A stretch of 64,000 nucleotides of DNA, taken from contig UYFQ01000005.1 in assembly GCA_900617105.1 (NCBI GenBank), positions 496,001 through 560,000 of the forward strand, read 5' to 3'. Below the pieces are notes generated by a model that was given only the letters and a program-made list of their open reading frames with translations, was not told the DNA's origin and did not search any database. The translations under genes and the position numbers were made by a program. Position 1 is the stretch's first letter. Each line of letters starts with the position of its first letter. Below are positions 31,301 through 42,411 of the stretch, in pieces. The stretch is from Hydrurus foetidus. Taxonomy: Eukaryota.

Positions 31301-32304
31301 TTCAGGCGGGTGACTTCCAGCCACTGTGCGTCGGGTGTCACCATGCGCCACGAGGCTAAATTGTCCAGCGCGGTGCCCCACAGCACGGCCTTTTTACCGC
31401 CTGCGTTCATGGCGATGTTGCCGCCTACGCAACTGGCTTCGGCAGAGGTAGGGTCAACCGCAAAGATGTAGCCGCCACGCTCAGCCGCATCGGCCACACG
31501 CTGCGTCACCACGCCAGCGCCACTCCAGATGGTGGGCACGGGGTGGTCTACGCCGGGCAGCAGCGTCATCTCCACCTCGGTCATGGCCTCTAGCTTTTCG
31601 GTGTTGATGACCGCACTGCGCCACGTCAACGGAATCGCACCACCCGTGTAGCCGGTGCCACCGCCACGCGGGATGATGGTCAGCTTCAGCTCGATGCAGG
31701 CCCGCACCAGACCGGCCATTTCAGCCTCGGTGTCGGGCGTGAGCACCACAAACGGGTATTCGACGCGCCAATCGGTAGCGTCGGTCACATGCGAGACGCG
31801 CGAGAGGCCATCAAACTTGATGTTGTCTTTGGCGGTAACTTTTCCCAGCTTGCGGGCCGCGCTTTTGCGCAGCTCAGCCACTTCAGAAAACATAGCATCG
31901 AACGCTTTAACAGCGAGCGCTGCAGCCGCTAACAGCTCTGACACCAGCGCATCGCGGCTGGCATCGGCCTGGGGCGTGCGGCGCTTTTGCACCTCTTGCA
32001 GACGGTGCTCCAGCGCCTCGACCAGTTGACGGCGGCGCTTGGGGTTGTCGAGCAAATCGTCTTGCAGATAGGGGTTGCGCTGTACCACCCAAATGTCGCC
32101 CAAGATTTCGTACAGCATGCGTGCAGAGCGGCCTGTGCGGCGCTCGGTGCGCAACTGGCTGGCAAGCTCCCAGGCGCGGGGGCCGAGCAGGCGAATCACG
32201 ATTTCTCGGTCAGAGAAGCTCGTGTAGTTGTAGGGGATTTCGCGCAAGCGCATGGGCTCATCAACCTGGGACAACAGGGTAGCCAACGCAGTGGGTGCAT
32301 TCAT
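28390..32304 (-). CDS. FAD-linked oxidase with 4Fe-4S and CCG domains (DUF3683/DUF3400 type)
   Basis: [68 protein letters not shown] and CCGESG. Confidence 0.9.
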   Translation of the reverse strand: MNAPTALATLLSQVDEPMRLREIPYNYTSFSDREIVIRLLGPRAWELASQLRTERRTGRSARMLYEILGDIWVVQRNPYLQDDLLDNPKRRRQLVEALEHRLQEVQKRRTPQADASRDALVSELLAAAALAVKAFDAMFSEVAELRKSAARKLGKVTAKDNIKFDGLSRVSHVTDATDWRVEYPFVVLTPDTEAEMAGLVRACIELKLTIIPRGGGTGYTGGAIPLTWRSAVINTEKLEAMTEVEMTLLPGVDHPVPTIWSGAGVVTQRVADAAERGGYIFAVDPTSAEASCVGGNIAMNAGGKKAVLWGTALDNLASWRMVTPDAQWLEVTRLNHNLGKIHDTPMASFELKYFEADGKTHIKTERLDIPGPSFRKEGLGKDVTDKFLSGLPGIQKEGCDGLITSGRWIVHRMPQHTRTVCLEFFGHAKDAVPSIVEIKDFMFAEQKRSGVLLAGLEHLDDRYLRAVGYTTKSKRGTLPKMVLVGDIAGDNADDVARATSEVVRIANSRSGEGFIAISPEARKKFWLDRKRTAAISKHTNAFKINEDVVIPLPRMAEYTDGIERINIELSLANKLKLCDALEAFFATGKLPLGKGDDANDIPSAEMLEDRVAHALTLVREVRTLWQGWLDNVETLFPQLQDHALRASWKTQIRTPLQGIFSGQAFEAILAECTAIHKRVLKGRVWVALHMHAGDGNVHTNIPVNSDDYDMLQAAHEAVKRIMVLARSLDGVISGEHGIGITKLEFLTDAELQPFTDYKARIDPEGRFNKGKLLRNKEQTMQVNRAQAGGAPLMLADLTNAYTPSFGLMGHESLIMQQSDIGEIAASVKDCLRCGKCKPVCATHVPRANLLYSPRNKILATSLLVEAFLYEEQTRRGISIKHWEEFEDVADHCTLCHKCLTPCPVNIDFGEVSMNMRNLLRKMGQKSFRPGNAAAMFFLNATNPQTIKVMRSAMVDVGFKAQRFANDVLRSFAKTQTAKPPASVGTAPIKEQVIHFINKKMPSGLPKKTARALLDIEDKDYVPIIRDPKTTTSETEAVFYFPGCGSERLFSQVGLATQAMLWHAGVQTVLPPGYLCCGYPQRGSGQADKAEKMITDNRVLFHRVANTLNYLDIKTVVVSCGTCYDQLQGYQFEKIFPGSRIIDIHEYLLEKGITLNSDQGSYLYHDPCHSPMKLQEPMKTVKALMGDKVLESKRCCGESGTLGVTRPDISTQIRFRKEEELQKDATALRKLTGTEAAKGEAANVKILTSCPSCLQGLSRYGNDLNNGLLEADYIVVEMANQILGEDWMGQYVSAANTGGIERVLV

Positions 32305-32460
32305 GGGGTGCAAAGTACCTGGAAAAATCGAGGTCAGGCGCTGTGCGCTCTCAGACCGTGGGGGGTCTTGATTTTAGGGCAGTGGGAGGAAAACCACCCA
32401 CGCCCGCTCAAACGGCCATCATTGCAGCCTCATTTCGACGGTTTCCGCCGTTCAATCGGC

Positions 32461-33699
32461 CTAAAACAACACCCGAGAGCGGATGGTGCCCGGCACAGCG
32501 GCCAGTTTCTCCAAAGCCAGATCAGAGGACGCGGCGTCAATGTCGATCACCACGTAGCCCACCTTCTCATTGGTTTGCAAAAACTGCGCACAGATATTGA
32601 TGTGGTTGTCCGAAAAAATGCGGTTCACTTCAGAGAGCACACCCGGCACGTTGTGGTGGATGTGCAGCAAACGGTGCTTGCCAGGGTGCGCAGGCAACGC
32701 CACTTCAGGGAAGTTGACGGACGAGGTAGAGGTGCCGTTGTCGCTGTACTTGACCAGCTTTTCAGCCACTTCCAGACCAATGTTGGCCTGCGCCTCCAGG
32801 GTGGAGCCGCCAATGTGGGGGGTCAGAATCACGTTGTCCAGCCCACGCAAAGGCGAGATGAACTCGTCTTTGTTCGTGCGCGGCTCGACCGGGAACACGT
32901 CGATGGCGGCACCCAGCAGCTTTTTGTCGCGCAAAGCTTGCGCCAAGGGTTCAATTTCCAGCACCGTGCCGCGTGAGGCGTTGATGAGGATGCTGCCCTG
33001 CTTCATCGCGGCGATTTCTGCGGCACCGATCATCCACTGCGTGGCAGCGGTTTCAGGCACGTGCAAGCTCACGATGTCGCTCTGGCCCAGCAGCTCATGC
33101 AGGTCGTGAACTTGGCGCGCATTGCCCAGGGGCAGCTTGGCCACCACGTCATAAAACGCAACCCGCATCCCCAGCGCCTCGGCCAGCACCGAAAGCTGGG
33201 TGCCGATGGCACCGTAGCCCACCAAGCCCAGGGTCTTACCGCGAATCTCAAAAGCGTTGTCAGCCGTCTTGAGCCACCCGCCACGGTGCGCCACCGCACT
33301 CTTTTCGGGCACACCGCGCAGCAGCAAAATCGCCTCAGCGATGACCAGCTCGGCCACGGAACGGGTGTTGGAAAACGGGGCGTTGAAGACGGCAATACCG
33401 CGTTCGCGGGCCGCGCCTAAATCGACTTGGTTGGTGCCGATGCAAAAGCAACCGACGGCTGCCAGTTTGGTGGCATGGGCCAACACATCCGCCGTGAGTT
33501 GGGTGCGAGAGCGGATGCCCAAAAAGTGCGCGTCGGCAATTTTGACCTTCAGCTCAGCATCAGGCAGTGCGCCGGGCAAGGATTCGATGTTCGTATAACC
33601 GGCGCTACGCAGCACCTCCAATGCGGAGGGATGAACGCCTTCGAGCAGCAAAAACTTGATCTTGGTTTTGTCCAGGGAAGTCTTAAACATCGTAGTCAT
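32461..33699 (-). CDS. serA: D-3-phosphoglycerate dehydrogenase
   Basis: LGIRSRTQ, GCFCIGTNQVD, NAPFSNTRSVAE, GYGAIG, TPHIGGST, C-terminal ACT domain. Confidence 0.96.
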   Translation of the reverse strand: MTTMFKTSLDKTKIKFLLLEGVHPSALEVLRSAGYTNIESLPGALPDAELKVKIADAHFLGIRSRTQLTADVLAHATKLAAVGCFCIGTNQVDLGAARERGIAVFNAPFSNTRSVAELVIAEAILLLRGVPEKSAVAHRGGWLKTADNAFEIRGKTLGLVGYGAIGTQLSVLAEALGMRVAFYDVVAKLPLGNARQVHDLHELLGQSDIVSLHVPETAATQWMIGAAEIAAMKQGSILINASRGTVLEIEPLAQALRDKKLLGAAIDVFPVEPRTNKDEFISPLRGLDNVILTPHIGGSTLEAQANIGLEVAEKLVKYSDNGTSTSSVNFPEVALPAHPGKHRLLHIHHNVPGVLSEVNRIFSDNHINICAQFLQTNEKVGYVVIDIDAASSDLALEKLAAVPGTIRSRVLF

Positions 33700-33802
33700 T
33701 GAGGGGAAACCCTTAAAAAGGAGCGTGATGCTAGCACGGGGCGCGCTTATAGGCTCATGGAAATCCCGCTGGTGCCACCCTTGCCTTGTGTATTAAATGT
33801 GA

Positions 33803-33845
33803 CAGTCACAACCCTTTGACATGGGTTTGTCACGCAGACTGTCAT
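33803..33845 (+). promoter_or_regulatory. Pho-box-like repeats upstream of ugpB
   Basis: CAGTCAC, TTGACAT, TTGTCAC and CTGTCAT half-sites at 13/11/12-bp spacing; ugp is a Pho regulon member in E. coli. Confidence 0.6.
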
Positions 33846-33885
33846 ACTCATCCGCTAAGCTGGTTTGTTTTAAATTGGAGCATTT

Positions 33886-35190
33886 ATGAAATTCAAGTTT
33901 GCTGTCACCGCCTTGGCGGCTGTGCTATCGCTGTCTGCGCACGCAGAAACCGAAATCCAATGGTGGCATTCGATGGGTGGCGCCTTGGGCGAATGGGTGA
34001 ATGACCTCGCCAAAGACTTCAACGCCAGCCAAAAAGACTACAAAATCGTGCCCACCTTCAAAGGCAGCTACGATGAATCCATGACGGCGGCCATCGCGGC
34101 CTACCGCGCAGGCAACGCACCCCACGTTTTGCAGGTGTTTGAGGTAGGCACCGCCACCATGATGGCCTCCAAAGGCGCGATCAAGCCCGTGGGAGAGGTC
34201 ATGAAAGAAGGTGGCGTGAAATTCGACCCGGCGGCTTACGTGCCCGCTGTGGCCGGTTACTACACCGCCCCCAACGGCCAAATGCTGAGCTTCCCGTTCA
34301 ACAGTTCCACGCCCGTCTTCCATTACAACAAAGACGCTTTCAAAGCCGCTGGCCTTGACCCCGAAAAGCCCCCAACCACTTGGCCCGAAGTGGCGCTGGC
34401 CGCAGCCAAACTCAAAACCAATGGCCACAAGTGCCCTTTCACCACCAGCTGGATGAGCTGGACGCAGCTGGAAACCTTCTCTGCTTGGCACAACACGCTG
34501 TTCGCCACCAAAAACAACGGCTTTGGCGGTCTGGACACGCGCTTGGCCTTCAACACCCCATTGCATGTGCGCCACATTGAGAACTTGGCGAACATGGCCA
34601 AGAGCGGTCTGTTCATCTACAAAGGCCGGGGCAACGCAGCTGACGCGAGCTTCGTCTCCGGCGAATGCGCCATGATGACCGGCTCTTCCGCACTCTATGG
34701 CAACGTGGTGCGCAACGGAAAATTCGGCTACGGCATTGGCACCCTGCCCTACTACCCTGATGTGCCAGGATCTCCACAAAACACCGTCATCGGTGGCGCG
34801 AGCTTGTGGGTGATGAGCGGTAAAAAGGCCGATGAGTACAAGGGCGTAGCGCAGTTCTTCAGCTACCTCTCGCTGCCCGAAGTGGCCGCTAAAAGCCACC
34901 AGCGCACCGGCTATTTGCCCGTCACCAAAGCTTCTTTTGAGCTGACTGACAAGAGCGGCTTCTACAAAAAGAACCCTGGCACCGATGTGTCAGTGAACCA
35001 GATGATCCGCAAAACCACCGACAAATCGCGGGGCGTGCGCTTGGGCAATTTTGTGCAAATCCGCACCATTGTTGACGAGGAATTGGAAGGCGTATGGGGC
35101 GGTAAAAAGCAGCCCCAAGAAGCGCTGGACGCGGCCATCACCCGTGGCAACGAGCAACTTGAACGCTTCCAAAAAGCCAACAAGTCTTGA
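33886..35190 (+). CDS. ugpB: sn-glycerol-3-phosphate ABC transporter substrate-binding protein
   Basis: Signal peptide; WWHSMGG, QVFEVGTATMM, PFNSSTP, IGGASLW, RLGNF. Confidence 0.95.
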   Translation: MKFKFAVTALAAVLSLSAHAETEIQWWHSMGGALGEWVNDLAKDFNASQKDYKIVPTFKGSYDESMTAAIAAYRAGNAPHVLQVFEVGTATMMASKGAIKPVGEVMKEGGVKFDPAAYVPAVAGYYTAPNGQMLSFPFNSSTPVFHYNKDAFKAAGLDPEKPPTTWPEVALAAAKLKTNGHKCPFTTSWMSWTQLETFSAWHNTLFATKNNGFGGLDTRLAFNTPLHVRHIENLANMAKSGLFIYKGRGNAADASFVSGECAMMTGSSALYGNVVRNGKFGYGIGTLPYYPDVPGSPQNTVIGGASLWVMSGKKADEYKGVAQFFSYLSLPEVAAKSHQRTGYLPVTKASFELTDKSGFYKKNPGTDVSVNQMIRKTTDKSRGVRLGNFVQIRTIVDEELEGVWGGKKQPQEALDAAITRGNEQLERFQKANKS

Positions 35191-35252
35191 TCCGTTTTGA
35201 TTTGAACTGACCGTCCCCGCTTAACAGCCTCCGCTTACCCTCCCCGCACCCC

Positions 35253-36134
35253 ATGGAAAAACGTGTCCTCTTTCGCTCCTCTTGGTTGCCCTGGGTGCTG
35301 ATTGCCCCGCAAATGGCGATCGTGCTGGTGTTTTTCTTTTGGCCTGCGGGGCAGGCGCTGTACCAAAGCATGCTGCAACAAGATGCTTTTGGTACGTCGG
35401 TGGAATTCGTCGGCTGGCAAAACTTCCAGCAGCTGTTTGCTGACCCCACCTACTGGGCATCGTTCAAAACCACTGCGTTTTTCTCGATCTCGGTAGCGGT
35501 GTCGGGCCTGACGATTGCGCTGCTGCTGGCCGTGATGGCGAACCGCGTGGTGCGGGGTGCGGGGGTCTACAAAACCCTGCTGATCTGGCCCTACGCCGTG
35601 GCCCCCGTGGTGGCGGGCGTGCTGTGGGTGCTGATGTTCGCCGCGCCCTACGGTTTGGTGGCTTACGGCCTGCGCGAAATCGGCATCGAGTGGGATCACC
35701 TGCTCAACCCCAACCACGCGATGGCCCTCATCGTGATGGCGGCGGTGTGGAAGCAAATTTCGTACAACTTTTTGTTCTTCCTGGCGGGCTTACAGTCCAT
35801 CCCCCATTCACTGATTGAAGCGGCCACGATTGATGGCGCCTCGCCGTGGAAGCGCTTTTGGAGCATCGTGTTCCCGTTGCTCTCGCCCACCACATTCTTT
35901 TTGTTGGTCATCAACATCATTTACGCCTTTTTCGACACCTTCGCCATCGTCGATGCCGCCACCCACGGCGGGCCGGGCAAGGACACCGCCATCTTGGTCT
36001 ACAAGGTTTACTACGACGGGTTCAAGGCGCTGGACATGGGCGGCTCGGCGGCACAGTCCGTTGTATTGATGCTGATCGTGATTGCGCTCACGGTGGTGCA
36101 GTTCAAGTTTGTTGAGAAAAAAGTGCAGTACTGA
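35253..36134 (+). CDS. ugpA: sn-glycerol-3-phosphate ABC transporter permease
   Basis: WKQISYNFLFFLAGLQSIP, EAATIDGA loop; operon position. Confidence 0.95.
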   Translation: MEKRVLFRSSWLPWVLIAPQMAIVLVFFFWPAGQALYQSMLQQDAFGTSVEFVGWQNFQQLFADPTYWASFKTTAFFSISVAVSGLTIALLLAVMANRVVRGAGVYKTLLIWPYAVAPVVAGVLWVLMFAAPYGLVAYGLREIGIEWDHLLNPNHAMALIVMAAVWKQISYNFLFFLAGLQSIPHSLIEAATIDGASPWKRFWSIVFPLLSPTTFFLLVINIIYAFFDTFAIVDAATHGGPGKDTAILVYKVYYDGFKALDMGGSAAQSVVLMLIVIALTVVQFKFVEKKVQY

Positions 36135-36157
36135 GGCTCCTTGCCTCGTAAATACCC

Positions 36158-37012
36158 ATGATTGAACGCCGCCCCCTCCTCACCTTTTTCGCACACTGCG
36201 TCCTTTGCTTGGGTGCGCTGATTGTTATTTTTCCGGTCTTTGTCGCCCTCATCGGCTCCACCCAAACCGCCGAACAAATCGCCAGCAGCAACCCGATTTC
36301 GCTCTGGCCGGGCAGCAACATGCTGGAAAGCTACAAGCTCGCGCTGTTCGGTGGCAAAACCTCCGGCGGCTCCACCATCGCCGCCGCCTTCCCCATGCTG
36401 TGGGTCAGCTTGGTCACGGCGTTAACGATTGCGATTGGCAAGATTGCCATCTCGCTCTTGTCCGCCTTCGCCATCGTGTACTTTCGCTTCCCGTTCAAAA
36501 ACATCGTGTTCTGGATGATTTTCATCACGCTGATGCTCCCGGTTGAAGTACGCATCGGCCCCACCTATGAAGTCGTCTCGAACTTGAAGATGCTCAATAC
36601 CTACGCAGGCCTCACGGTGCCGCTGATCGCCTCGGCCACGGCCACGTTCTTGTTCCGTCAGTTCTTCCTGACGGTGCCCGACGAGCTGGTCGAAGCCGCC
36701 CGCATCGACGGTGCCGGGCCCATGCGCTTCTTTTGGGACGTGTTGCTGCCGCTCTCGAAAACCTCCATTGCGGCGCTGTTTGTGATCCAGTTCATCTACG
36801 GCTGGAACCAGTATCTCTGGCCCCTGCTCGTCACCACCAACGAAGACATGTACCCCATCGTGTTGGGCATCAAACGGGCGATTTTTGGCGAGGTCTATAC
36901 CGAGTGGAACGTGGTGATGGCGACGGCCATCCTCGCCATGCTGCCACCGGCCCTGGTCGTCATCCTGATGCAAAAATGGTTCGTCAAAGGCTTGGTGGAC
37001 ACGGAGAAGTAA
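36158..37012 (+). CDS. ugpE: sn-glycerol-3-phosphate ABC transporter permease
   Basis: TLMLPVEVRI, ASATATFLFRQFF, EAARIDGA, ends KGLVDTEK. Confidence 0.95.
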   Translation: MIERRPLLTFFAHCVLCLGALIVIFPVFVALIGSTQTAEQIASSNPISLWPGSNMLESYKLALFGGKTSGGSTIAAAFPMLWVSLVTALTIAIGKIAISLLSAFAIVYFRFPFKNIVFWMIFITLMLPVEVRIGPTYEVVSNLKMLNTYAGLTVPLIASATATFLFRQFFLTVPDELVEAARIDGAGPMRFFWDVLLPLSKTSIAALFVIQFIYGWNQYLWPLLVTTNEDMYPIVLGIKRAIFGEVYTEWNVVMATAILAMLPPALVVILMQKWFVKGLVDTEK

Positions 37013-37014
37013 GC

Positions 37015-37082
37015 TTTTCAAGCACCAAAAAGGCTTTCATAGCATACAAAATATGCTTCGAAAGCTATTAATTAGATAGCAA
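37015..37082 (+). repeat. Dispersed palindromic repeat copy, core GCTATTAATTAGATAGC
   Basis: Same architecture as the 2741 and 63385 copies. Confidence 0.65.
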
Positions 37083-37097
37083 TCAACAAGAACAATC

Positions 37098-37508
37098 ATG
37101 GCCGCCATACAACTCAGCAACGTCATCAAACGCTACGGCAAAGGCAAGACAGCCAACCAGGTCATCCACGGCGTGAATGCGGACATCCAGGACGGTGAAT
37201 TCATCGTTATCGTCGGCCCCTCAGGCTGCGGCAAATCAACACTGTTGCGCATGGTGGCCGGGCTGGAAGAGATCAGCGACGGCACCATCTCCATCGGTGG
37301 GCGCGTGGTCAACAACCTGGAACCGGCAGAGCGCGACATCGCGATGGTGTTCCAAAACTACGCGCTCTACCCGCACATGAGCGTGTTCGAGAACATGGCT
37401 TACGGCCTGAAAATCGCCAAAGTGCCGCTGGACGAGATCAAAGCCCGCGTCGATAAAGCCGCCAAAATCCTGGAGATCGGCCCCTTCCTGAACCGCAAGC
37501 CGCGTGAA

Positions 37509-37540
<32 letters not shown>

Positions 37541-38102
37541 GGGCCGCGCCATCGTGCGCCAGCCGCAGGTGTTTTTGTTCGACGAGCCGCTGAGCAACCT
37601 GGACGCCAAGCTGCGCGCCCAAACCCGGCTGGAAATCCAGAAACTGCACCGCGAACTCGGTATCACCAGCCTGTTCGTCACCCACGACCAAGTAGAAGCC
37701 ATGACGCTGGCACAGCGCATCATCGTGATGAACGGTGGCCGCATGGACCAGTTCGGCACGCCCGACGAGGTGTACCACCGCCCCGCTACCACTTTCGTCG
37801 CAAGCTTCATAGGTTCACCGCCCATGAACCTGCTGAAACATGCCATTGGCGTGAAAGCGGGCACGCTGATGGGCATACGCCCCGAGCACCTGCACATCGG
37901 CCCCAACGGCTGGGAAGCCACCGTCGAAGCCGTGGAGCTGCTGGGCGCAGAACGCTTGGTCTACTGCCGCGTTGGCGACGAACAATTGATCGTCCGCATG
38001 GACGAGGGTAAGCCCGCGCCGCTCGCCGGTGAGTCTGTCAATATCGCCCTGCAAGAAGAACGCGTGCATTGGTTTGACGCGGAAAGTGGCAGGCGGCTGT
38101 GA
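37098..38102 (+). CDS. ugpC: sn-glycerol-3-phosphate ABC transporter ATPase
   Basis: [32 protein letters not shown]-like tail. Confidence 0.95.
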
Positions 38103-38914
38103 CAGCGATGCTCTCATCGGCTTGCCTAGCCACACACTGGCCTTACCCCCGTTGGATTGCCCACCGAGGCGCTGGCAAATTAGCCCCCGAGAACACCCTG
38201 GCCGCCTTCAGAGCAGGCGCATCCCACGGCTACCGCATGTTCGAGTGCGACGTGAAGCTGAGCGCCGATGGCGTGCCTTTTTTGATGCACGATGCCACGC
38301 TGAGCCGCACCACCAACAGCGAGGGTATCGGCAACGGTATCGGTGGGGAAATCGGCGGTGAGCACCCTTGGAGCACCCTCGCCCAACTCGACGCAGGCAG
38401 CTGGCATTCCCGCGCTTACGCGGGCGAACCCCTGCCAAGTTTCGAGAATATCGCCCGGTTCTGCCTGCGCAACGGCTATTTTTTGAACATCGAAATCAAA
38501 GCCACCCCAGGCACAGAAGAGCGCACCGGCCAAGTCGTCGCCCAGCACGCGGCCCGCCTGTGGCAAGCACAGCAAGCCCGCCAAGCCACCCCGCTGGCCC
38601 CACCTTTGCTGACTTCATTCAACCCCGATTCACTGGCCGGTGCCCAAACCGGTGCGGCGCAATTACCCCGTGGCCTGCTGCTGGACACGCTGTGGAAAGG
38701 TTGGCTGGAAACCGCCCTCAGCCTGGACTGCGTGGCCATTGTCTGCAACCATGCCTTGTGGGACACCTCCAGCGTCACCCAGGCCAAAAGCGCAGGCTTT
38801 CGCACCCTGAGCTACACCGTCAATGACGAAGGGGCTGCACAGCGCTTGATTGACTTGGGCACGGACGGCATCATCACGGACAGGGTGGACTTGTTCAGCC
38901 CAGTCTTGCCTTAA
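38099..38914 (+). CDS. ugpQ: Glycerophosphodiester phosphodiesterase
   Basis: [33 protein letters not shown]. Confidence 0.93.
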   Translation: MTAMLSSACLATHWPYPRWIAHRGAGKLAPENTLAAFRAGASHGYRMFECDVKLSADGVPFLMHDATLSRTTNSEGIGNGIGGEIGGEHPWSTLAQLDAGSWHSRAYAGEPLPSFENIARFCLRNGYFLNIEIKATPGTEERTGQVVAQHAARLWQAQQARQATPLAPPLLTSFNPDSLAGAQTGAAQLPRGLLLDTLWKGWLETALSLDCVAIVCNHALWDTSSVTQAKSAGFRTLSYTVNDEGAAQRLIDLGTDGIITDRVDLFSPVLP

Positions 38915-39528
38915 GGCAGTCGAGTCATGGCCCAAGGCTGATGGGGCACGGTGATGATTTCGTTAACGACATGCACATTCACACCGAAAGCGGACAGCCT
39001 TTTACGGAGTTGATCGTTGAGCCGGAGTGCCAATCGTTTGAAATCTCGGTCATTCCAAGTTAACACCAGCACCACAGTCCAAGGGTTTCGCTCGTCAACC
39101 ACAGGCATCCAGGGAGCAAGTTTTTCAGGGAAGTAGGGAGAGTGAACCAACGGGCCAGGCTGAGCCCGTTTGGCAGCCATCAAGCAGACCAAGGTGCTGT
39201 GGAGTTTGGCGGCGACCTCATCGACAACAAACATCTTCTTACGTTGCGCAACCACCACTTTCTCCAGCCCATTGGCTTTGATTTCTTGGCGTAATTTGAC
39301 CACTTCTGGCAATGCCGTGGGGCTGAGTCTGGGCAGGTTATCTGCCTCGTAGCCGATGCAGTCTTTCACCTCAATCCACCAATGGTGTTGACCACGAACC
39401 GCCAGGATGTCCATCCCTTTATCTCCATCCCGTTGGGTACGGCGATACCAAGGGGTGTCGTCAAATTTGATCGCTTCACAGTCGATGGGGAAAGAAAACA
39501 ACAACTTGCCTTCAGAGATATCAGGCAT
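38911..39528 (-). CDS. Hypothetical protein with PD-(D/E)xK-like motif, partner of the ABC ATPase
   Basis: ATG at 39528 overlaps the ATPase stop by 8 bp; KGMDILAV...WWIEVKD motif. Confidence 0.7.
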   Translation of the reverse strand: MPDISEGKLLFSFPIDCEAIKFDDTPWYRRTQRDGDKGMDILAVRGQHHWWIEVKDCIGYEADNLPRLSPTALPEVVKLRQEIKANGLEKVVVAQRKKMFVVDEVAAKLHSTLVCLMAAKRAQPGPLVHSPYFPEKLAPWMPVVDERNPWTVVLVLTWNDRDFKRLALRLNDQLRKRLSAFGVNVHVVNEIITVPHQPWAMTRLP

Positions 39529-40573
39529 GGCGGTGTTCCAGGTCACGGTCATACTGCGCCAACTCTTCGTCCAAGGCCACGATGTGCTCCAAGCCTTGCA
39601 GCGTATCGGCTTGCTCCACGAAAACGCCTGCACCCGCCTCATCCTTTTGCAAGCCCATAAAGCGCTGAGCGACACTCGATTGACGCGACAAAATGTCCAG
39701 CTCTTTGAGTAAAAAATAGCTGTGGGTCGCGACAAAGACTTGCAAGCCCTGTTTGGCCAGCGCGTGAATCACGGTGGCGATAAGGCGAATGAGGCGCGGG
39801 TTTAAGTTGGCTTCTGGCTCATCCCAAAACAAATAACCCTGGTCAAGAACCGCACCTGTGGCGATCAACCGGGCCAACATGGCCAGCTTGCGCATGCCTT
39901 CGGCCACCAAAGGCATTTCCATATTGCCCGTGCCGGGCAGATCGAGATAAAACCGCCCGTTACTGTCGAGGATGACCCGCCCGCCCATCGCAGCTTCTAT
40001 AGGCTTCAAAATCGCGGCGGCAACAGCTTCGCGTGGCCCGCGCAAGGCAGGTGCCCCCAAATAGACGCAGGTATCCCGCCACGTTTCGTCAAACTCCACG
40101 TACCGACCTTCGTACAAAGACACAAAACCGGGGTACACCGTCAGCAATTCACGCGTGGGCAAGTACAACGGGGTTTGATCGTCCCAGCGCTGCGGCAAGC
40201 CCTCAACGGCAACTTCACTGGTGGCTGAGGTTGAGAACTCAATGCGACTGTCCAAACGTGTATCGTCAAAACCCAACGCAATTTCGCACCGATGCCGACC
40301 TTGGCGGCGGCGGGCCAAGCGCCCCAGTTTTTCAGGCTTAAAAACCCCCATCAGCTTCTCTGCATAGGCTTTTTGCAAATACGCTTTGGTCGGAGCCCCC
40401 TCGCCTTGCATAACCCGAGCTCCCCCACCCACCGCCAAGAGGGCATATGCAGCCTTCAACACATGCGATTTGCCACAACCGTTTTCACCCACAATCACGT
40501 TGATGCCAGCACAGAAATCAAAGTCAGCGGCCTCAAAAACAGTCAGGTTCTTGAGTTGCATTCGATGGAGCAT
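39521..40573 (-). CDS. Stand-alone ABC ATPase (AAA_15/AAA_21-like)
   Basis: RBS AAGGAG before ATG at 40573; Walker A GENGCGKS, signature-like VAEGMRK, Walker B LFWDEPEANLNP, ATHS. Confidence 0.88.
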   Translation of the reverse strand: MLHRMQLKNLTVFEAADFDFCAGINVIVGENGCGKSHVLKAAYALLAVGGGARVMQGEGAPTKAYLQKAYAEKLMGVFKPEKLGRLARRRQGRHRCEIALGFDDTRLDSRIEFSTSATSEVAVEGLPQRWDDQTPLYLPTRELLTVYPGFVSLYEGRYVEFDETWRDTCVYLGAPALRGPREAVAAAILKPIEAAMGGRVILDSNGRFYLDLPGTGNMEMPLVAEGMRKLAMLARLIATGAVLDQGYLFWDEPEANLNPRLIRLIATVIHALAKQGLQVFVATHSYFLLKELDILSRQSSVAQRFMGLQKDEAGAGVFVEQADTLQGLEHIVALDEELAQYDRDLEHRHA

Positions 40574-40762
40574 TGCTTTCTCCTTTGTTAAGTCAAATGC
40601 GATTAGACCAAAACGCCAGCGGCAGTCTAAAGGTTGTGCACAGCCTCTGCCTGCCCTAATCACGCAAAGCGGGCACGGACGACTTGAACTTTACGGTGTA
40701 ACGGTCGTGGAAACTGTGCCCTGGCTGGTTTTCAGGGTGCGCTGGCGTTGCACAATGCTGTC

Positions 40763-42295
40763 ATGCCCTATTTACCTCCTTTCCTTGCCCCCACCCGCCA
40801 CACCGATCCGACCACCGCGTTGGCCCAGGTTCGCCAAATTTACGATGCCAGCATCGCCCATTTGCGCGAAGCCATGCACGCCTTTGTCACGGGGGACGCG
40901 GCTGCAGGTTCTGCCCAAGAGGGCACGCACAACACCCTGCGCAAGGCGCGTGCTTGCTATCCGTTTGTGCGCTTGCACACCGATACCGTGTCGCGCACCG
41001 CCTTGGCATCCGCCGATGGGGCGCTTAAAAGCTTTGGTTTCGTCGCTGGCCCTGGCCGGTATGAGACCACGCTGACGCGGCCTGATTTGTACGGCCAGTA
41101 CTACCTGGAACAGTTCCGCTTGCTGCTGCAAAACCACGGCGTGGCGCTGGAAGTGGGTACCAGCAACCAGCCCATCCCTGTGCATTTTTCGTTCGCCGAG
41201 CACGATCACATCGAAGGCAGCATGAGCGCCCAACGCCGTACCCTGATGCGCGATGTGTTCGATTTGCCCGATTTGGCAGCGATGGACGATGGCATTGCCA
41301 ACGGCACCTTCCAGGCCCGCCCTGGCGAACCACAGCCGCTCTCGCTGTTCACCGCTCCTCGGGTGGACTATTCGCTGCACCGTCTGCGCCACTACACCGG
41401 CACGGCGCCCGAGTGGTTTCAAAACTTTGTGCTGTTCACCAATTACCAGTTTTATATTGACGAATTCGTGCGCCTGGGCCACGAAGCCATGTCCGATGCG
41501 GGCAGCGACTACATCGCCTTCATCGAACCCGGCAATGTGGTCACGCGCCGCGCCGGTTTTGCGCCGCAGCCGGGCGATGCCTTGGGTGCCGCACCGCCAC
41601 GCCTGCCGCAAATGCCTGGCTACCACTTGGTGCGGGCGGACGGCAGCGGCATCACGATGGTCAACATCGGTGTGGGGCCAGCGAATGCCAAAACCATCAC
41701 CGACCACATCGCCGTGCTGCGCCCCCATGCCTGGGTAATGCTGGGCCACTGCGCGGGCCTGCGCAACAGCCAGCAGTTGGGCGATTACGTGCTGGCCCAC
41801 GGCTATGTGCGCGAAGACCATGTGCTTGACGAGGAGCTGCCACTGTGGGTGCCCATCCCTGCGTTGGCCGAAATCCAGGTAGCGTTAGAGCAGGCGGTGG
41901 CTGAAATCACCCAAAAACATGGTGCTGATTTGAAAGCCATCATGCGTACAGGCACCGTGGCCAGCACCGACAACCGCAACTGGGAACTGCTGCCCGACAA
42001 CACCCCCCAGCGCCGTTTCAGCCAAAGCCGCGCCGTGGCGCTGGACATGGAAAGCGCCACCATCGCCGCCAATGGTTTCCGCTTCCGCGTGCCCTACGGC
42101 ACCCTGCTGTGCGTGAGCGACAAGCCGCTGCACGGTGAAATCAAGCTACCCGGTATGGCAAACCACTTTTACCGTGAGCGCGTCGATCAGCATTTGCGCA
42201 TCGGCATGCGGGCGATGGAGATGCTGCGAGAGCAGGGGGTTGACCAGCTGCACAGCCGTAAGCTGCGTAGCTTTGCGGAAGTGGCGTTCCAGTGA
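40763..42295 (+). CDS. amn: AMP nucleosidase
   Basis: HYTGT, LFTNYQFY, QMPGYH, NIGVGPANAKTITDH, GHCAGL, LDMESAT, VSDKPLHGE. Confidence 0.95.
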   Translation: MPYLPPFLAPTRHTDPTTALAQVRQIYDASIAHLREAMHAFVTGDAAAGSAQEGTHNTLRKARACYPFVRLHTDTVSRTALASADGALKSFGFVAGPGRYETTLTRPDLYGQYYLEQFRLLLQNHGVALEVGTSNQPIPVHFSFAEHDHIEGSMSAQRRTLMRDVFDLPDLAAMDDGIANGTFQARPGEPQPLSLFTAPRVDYSLHRLRHYTGTAPEWFQNFVLFTNYQFYIDEFVRLGHEAMSDAGSDYIAFIEPGNVVTRRAGFAPQPGDALGAAPPRLPQMPGYHLVRADGSGITMVNIGVGPANAKTITDHIAVLRPHAWVMLGHCAGLRNSQQLGDYVLAHGYVREDHVLDEELPLWVPIPALAEIQVALEQAVAEITQKHGADLKAIMRTGTVASTDNRNWELLPDNTPQRRFSQSRAVALDMESATIAANGFRFRVPYGTLLCVSDKPLHGEIKLPGMANHFYRERVDQHLRIGMRAMEMLREQGVDQLHSRKLRSFAEVAFQ

Positions 42296-42411
42296 TCGGC
42301 GAGGCTACTGTTCGTGGCGCGGCTCCTTTCCGTTTCGTTTTGTTACGTTACGTGTAAAACTTCGCCCCAGAAAAATTTTGTAAGTGCATCAAGCGTCAAT
42401 TGACTGTCCCT

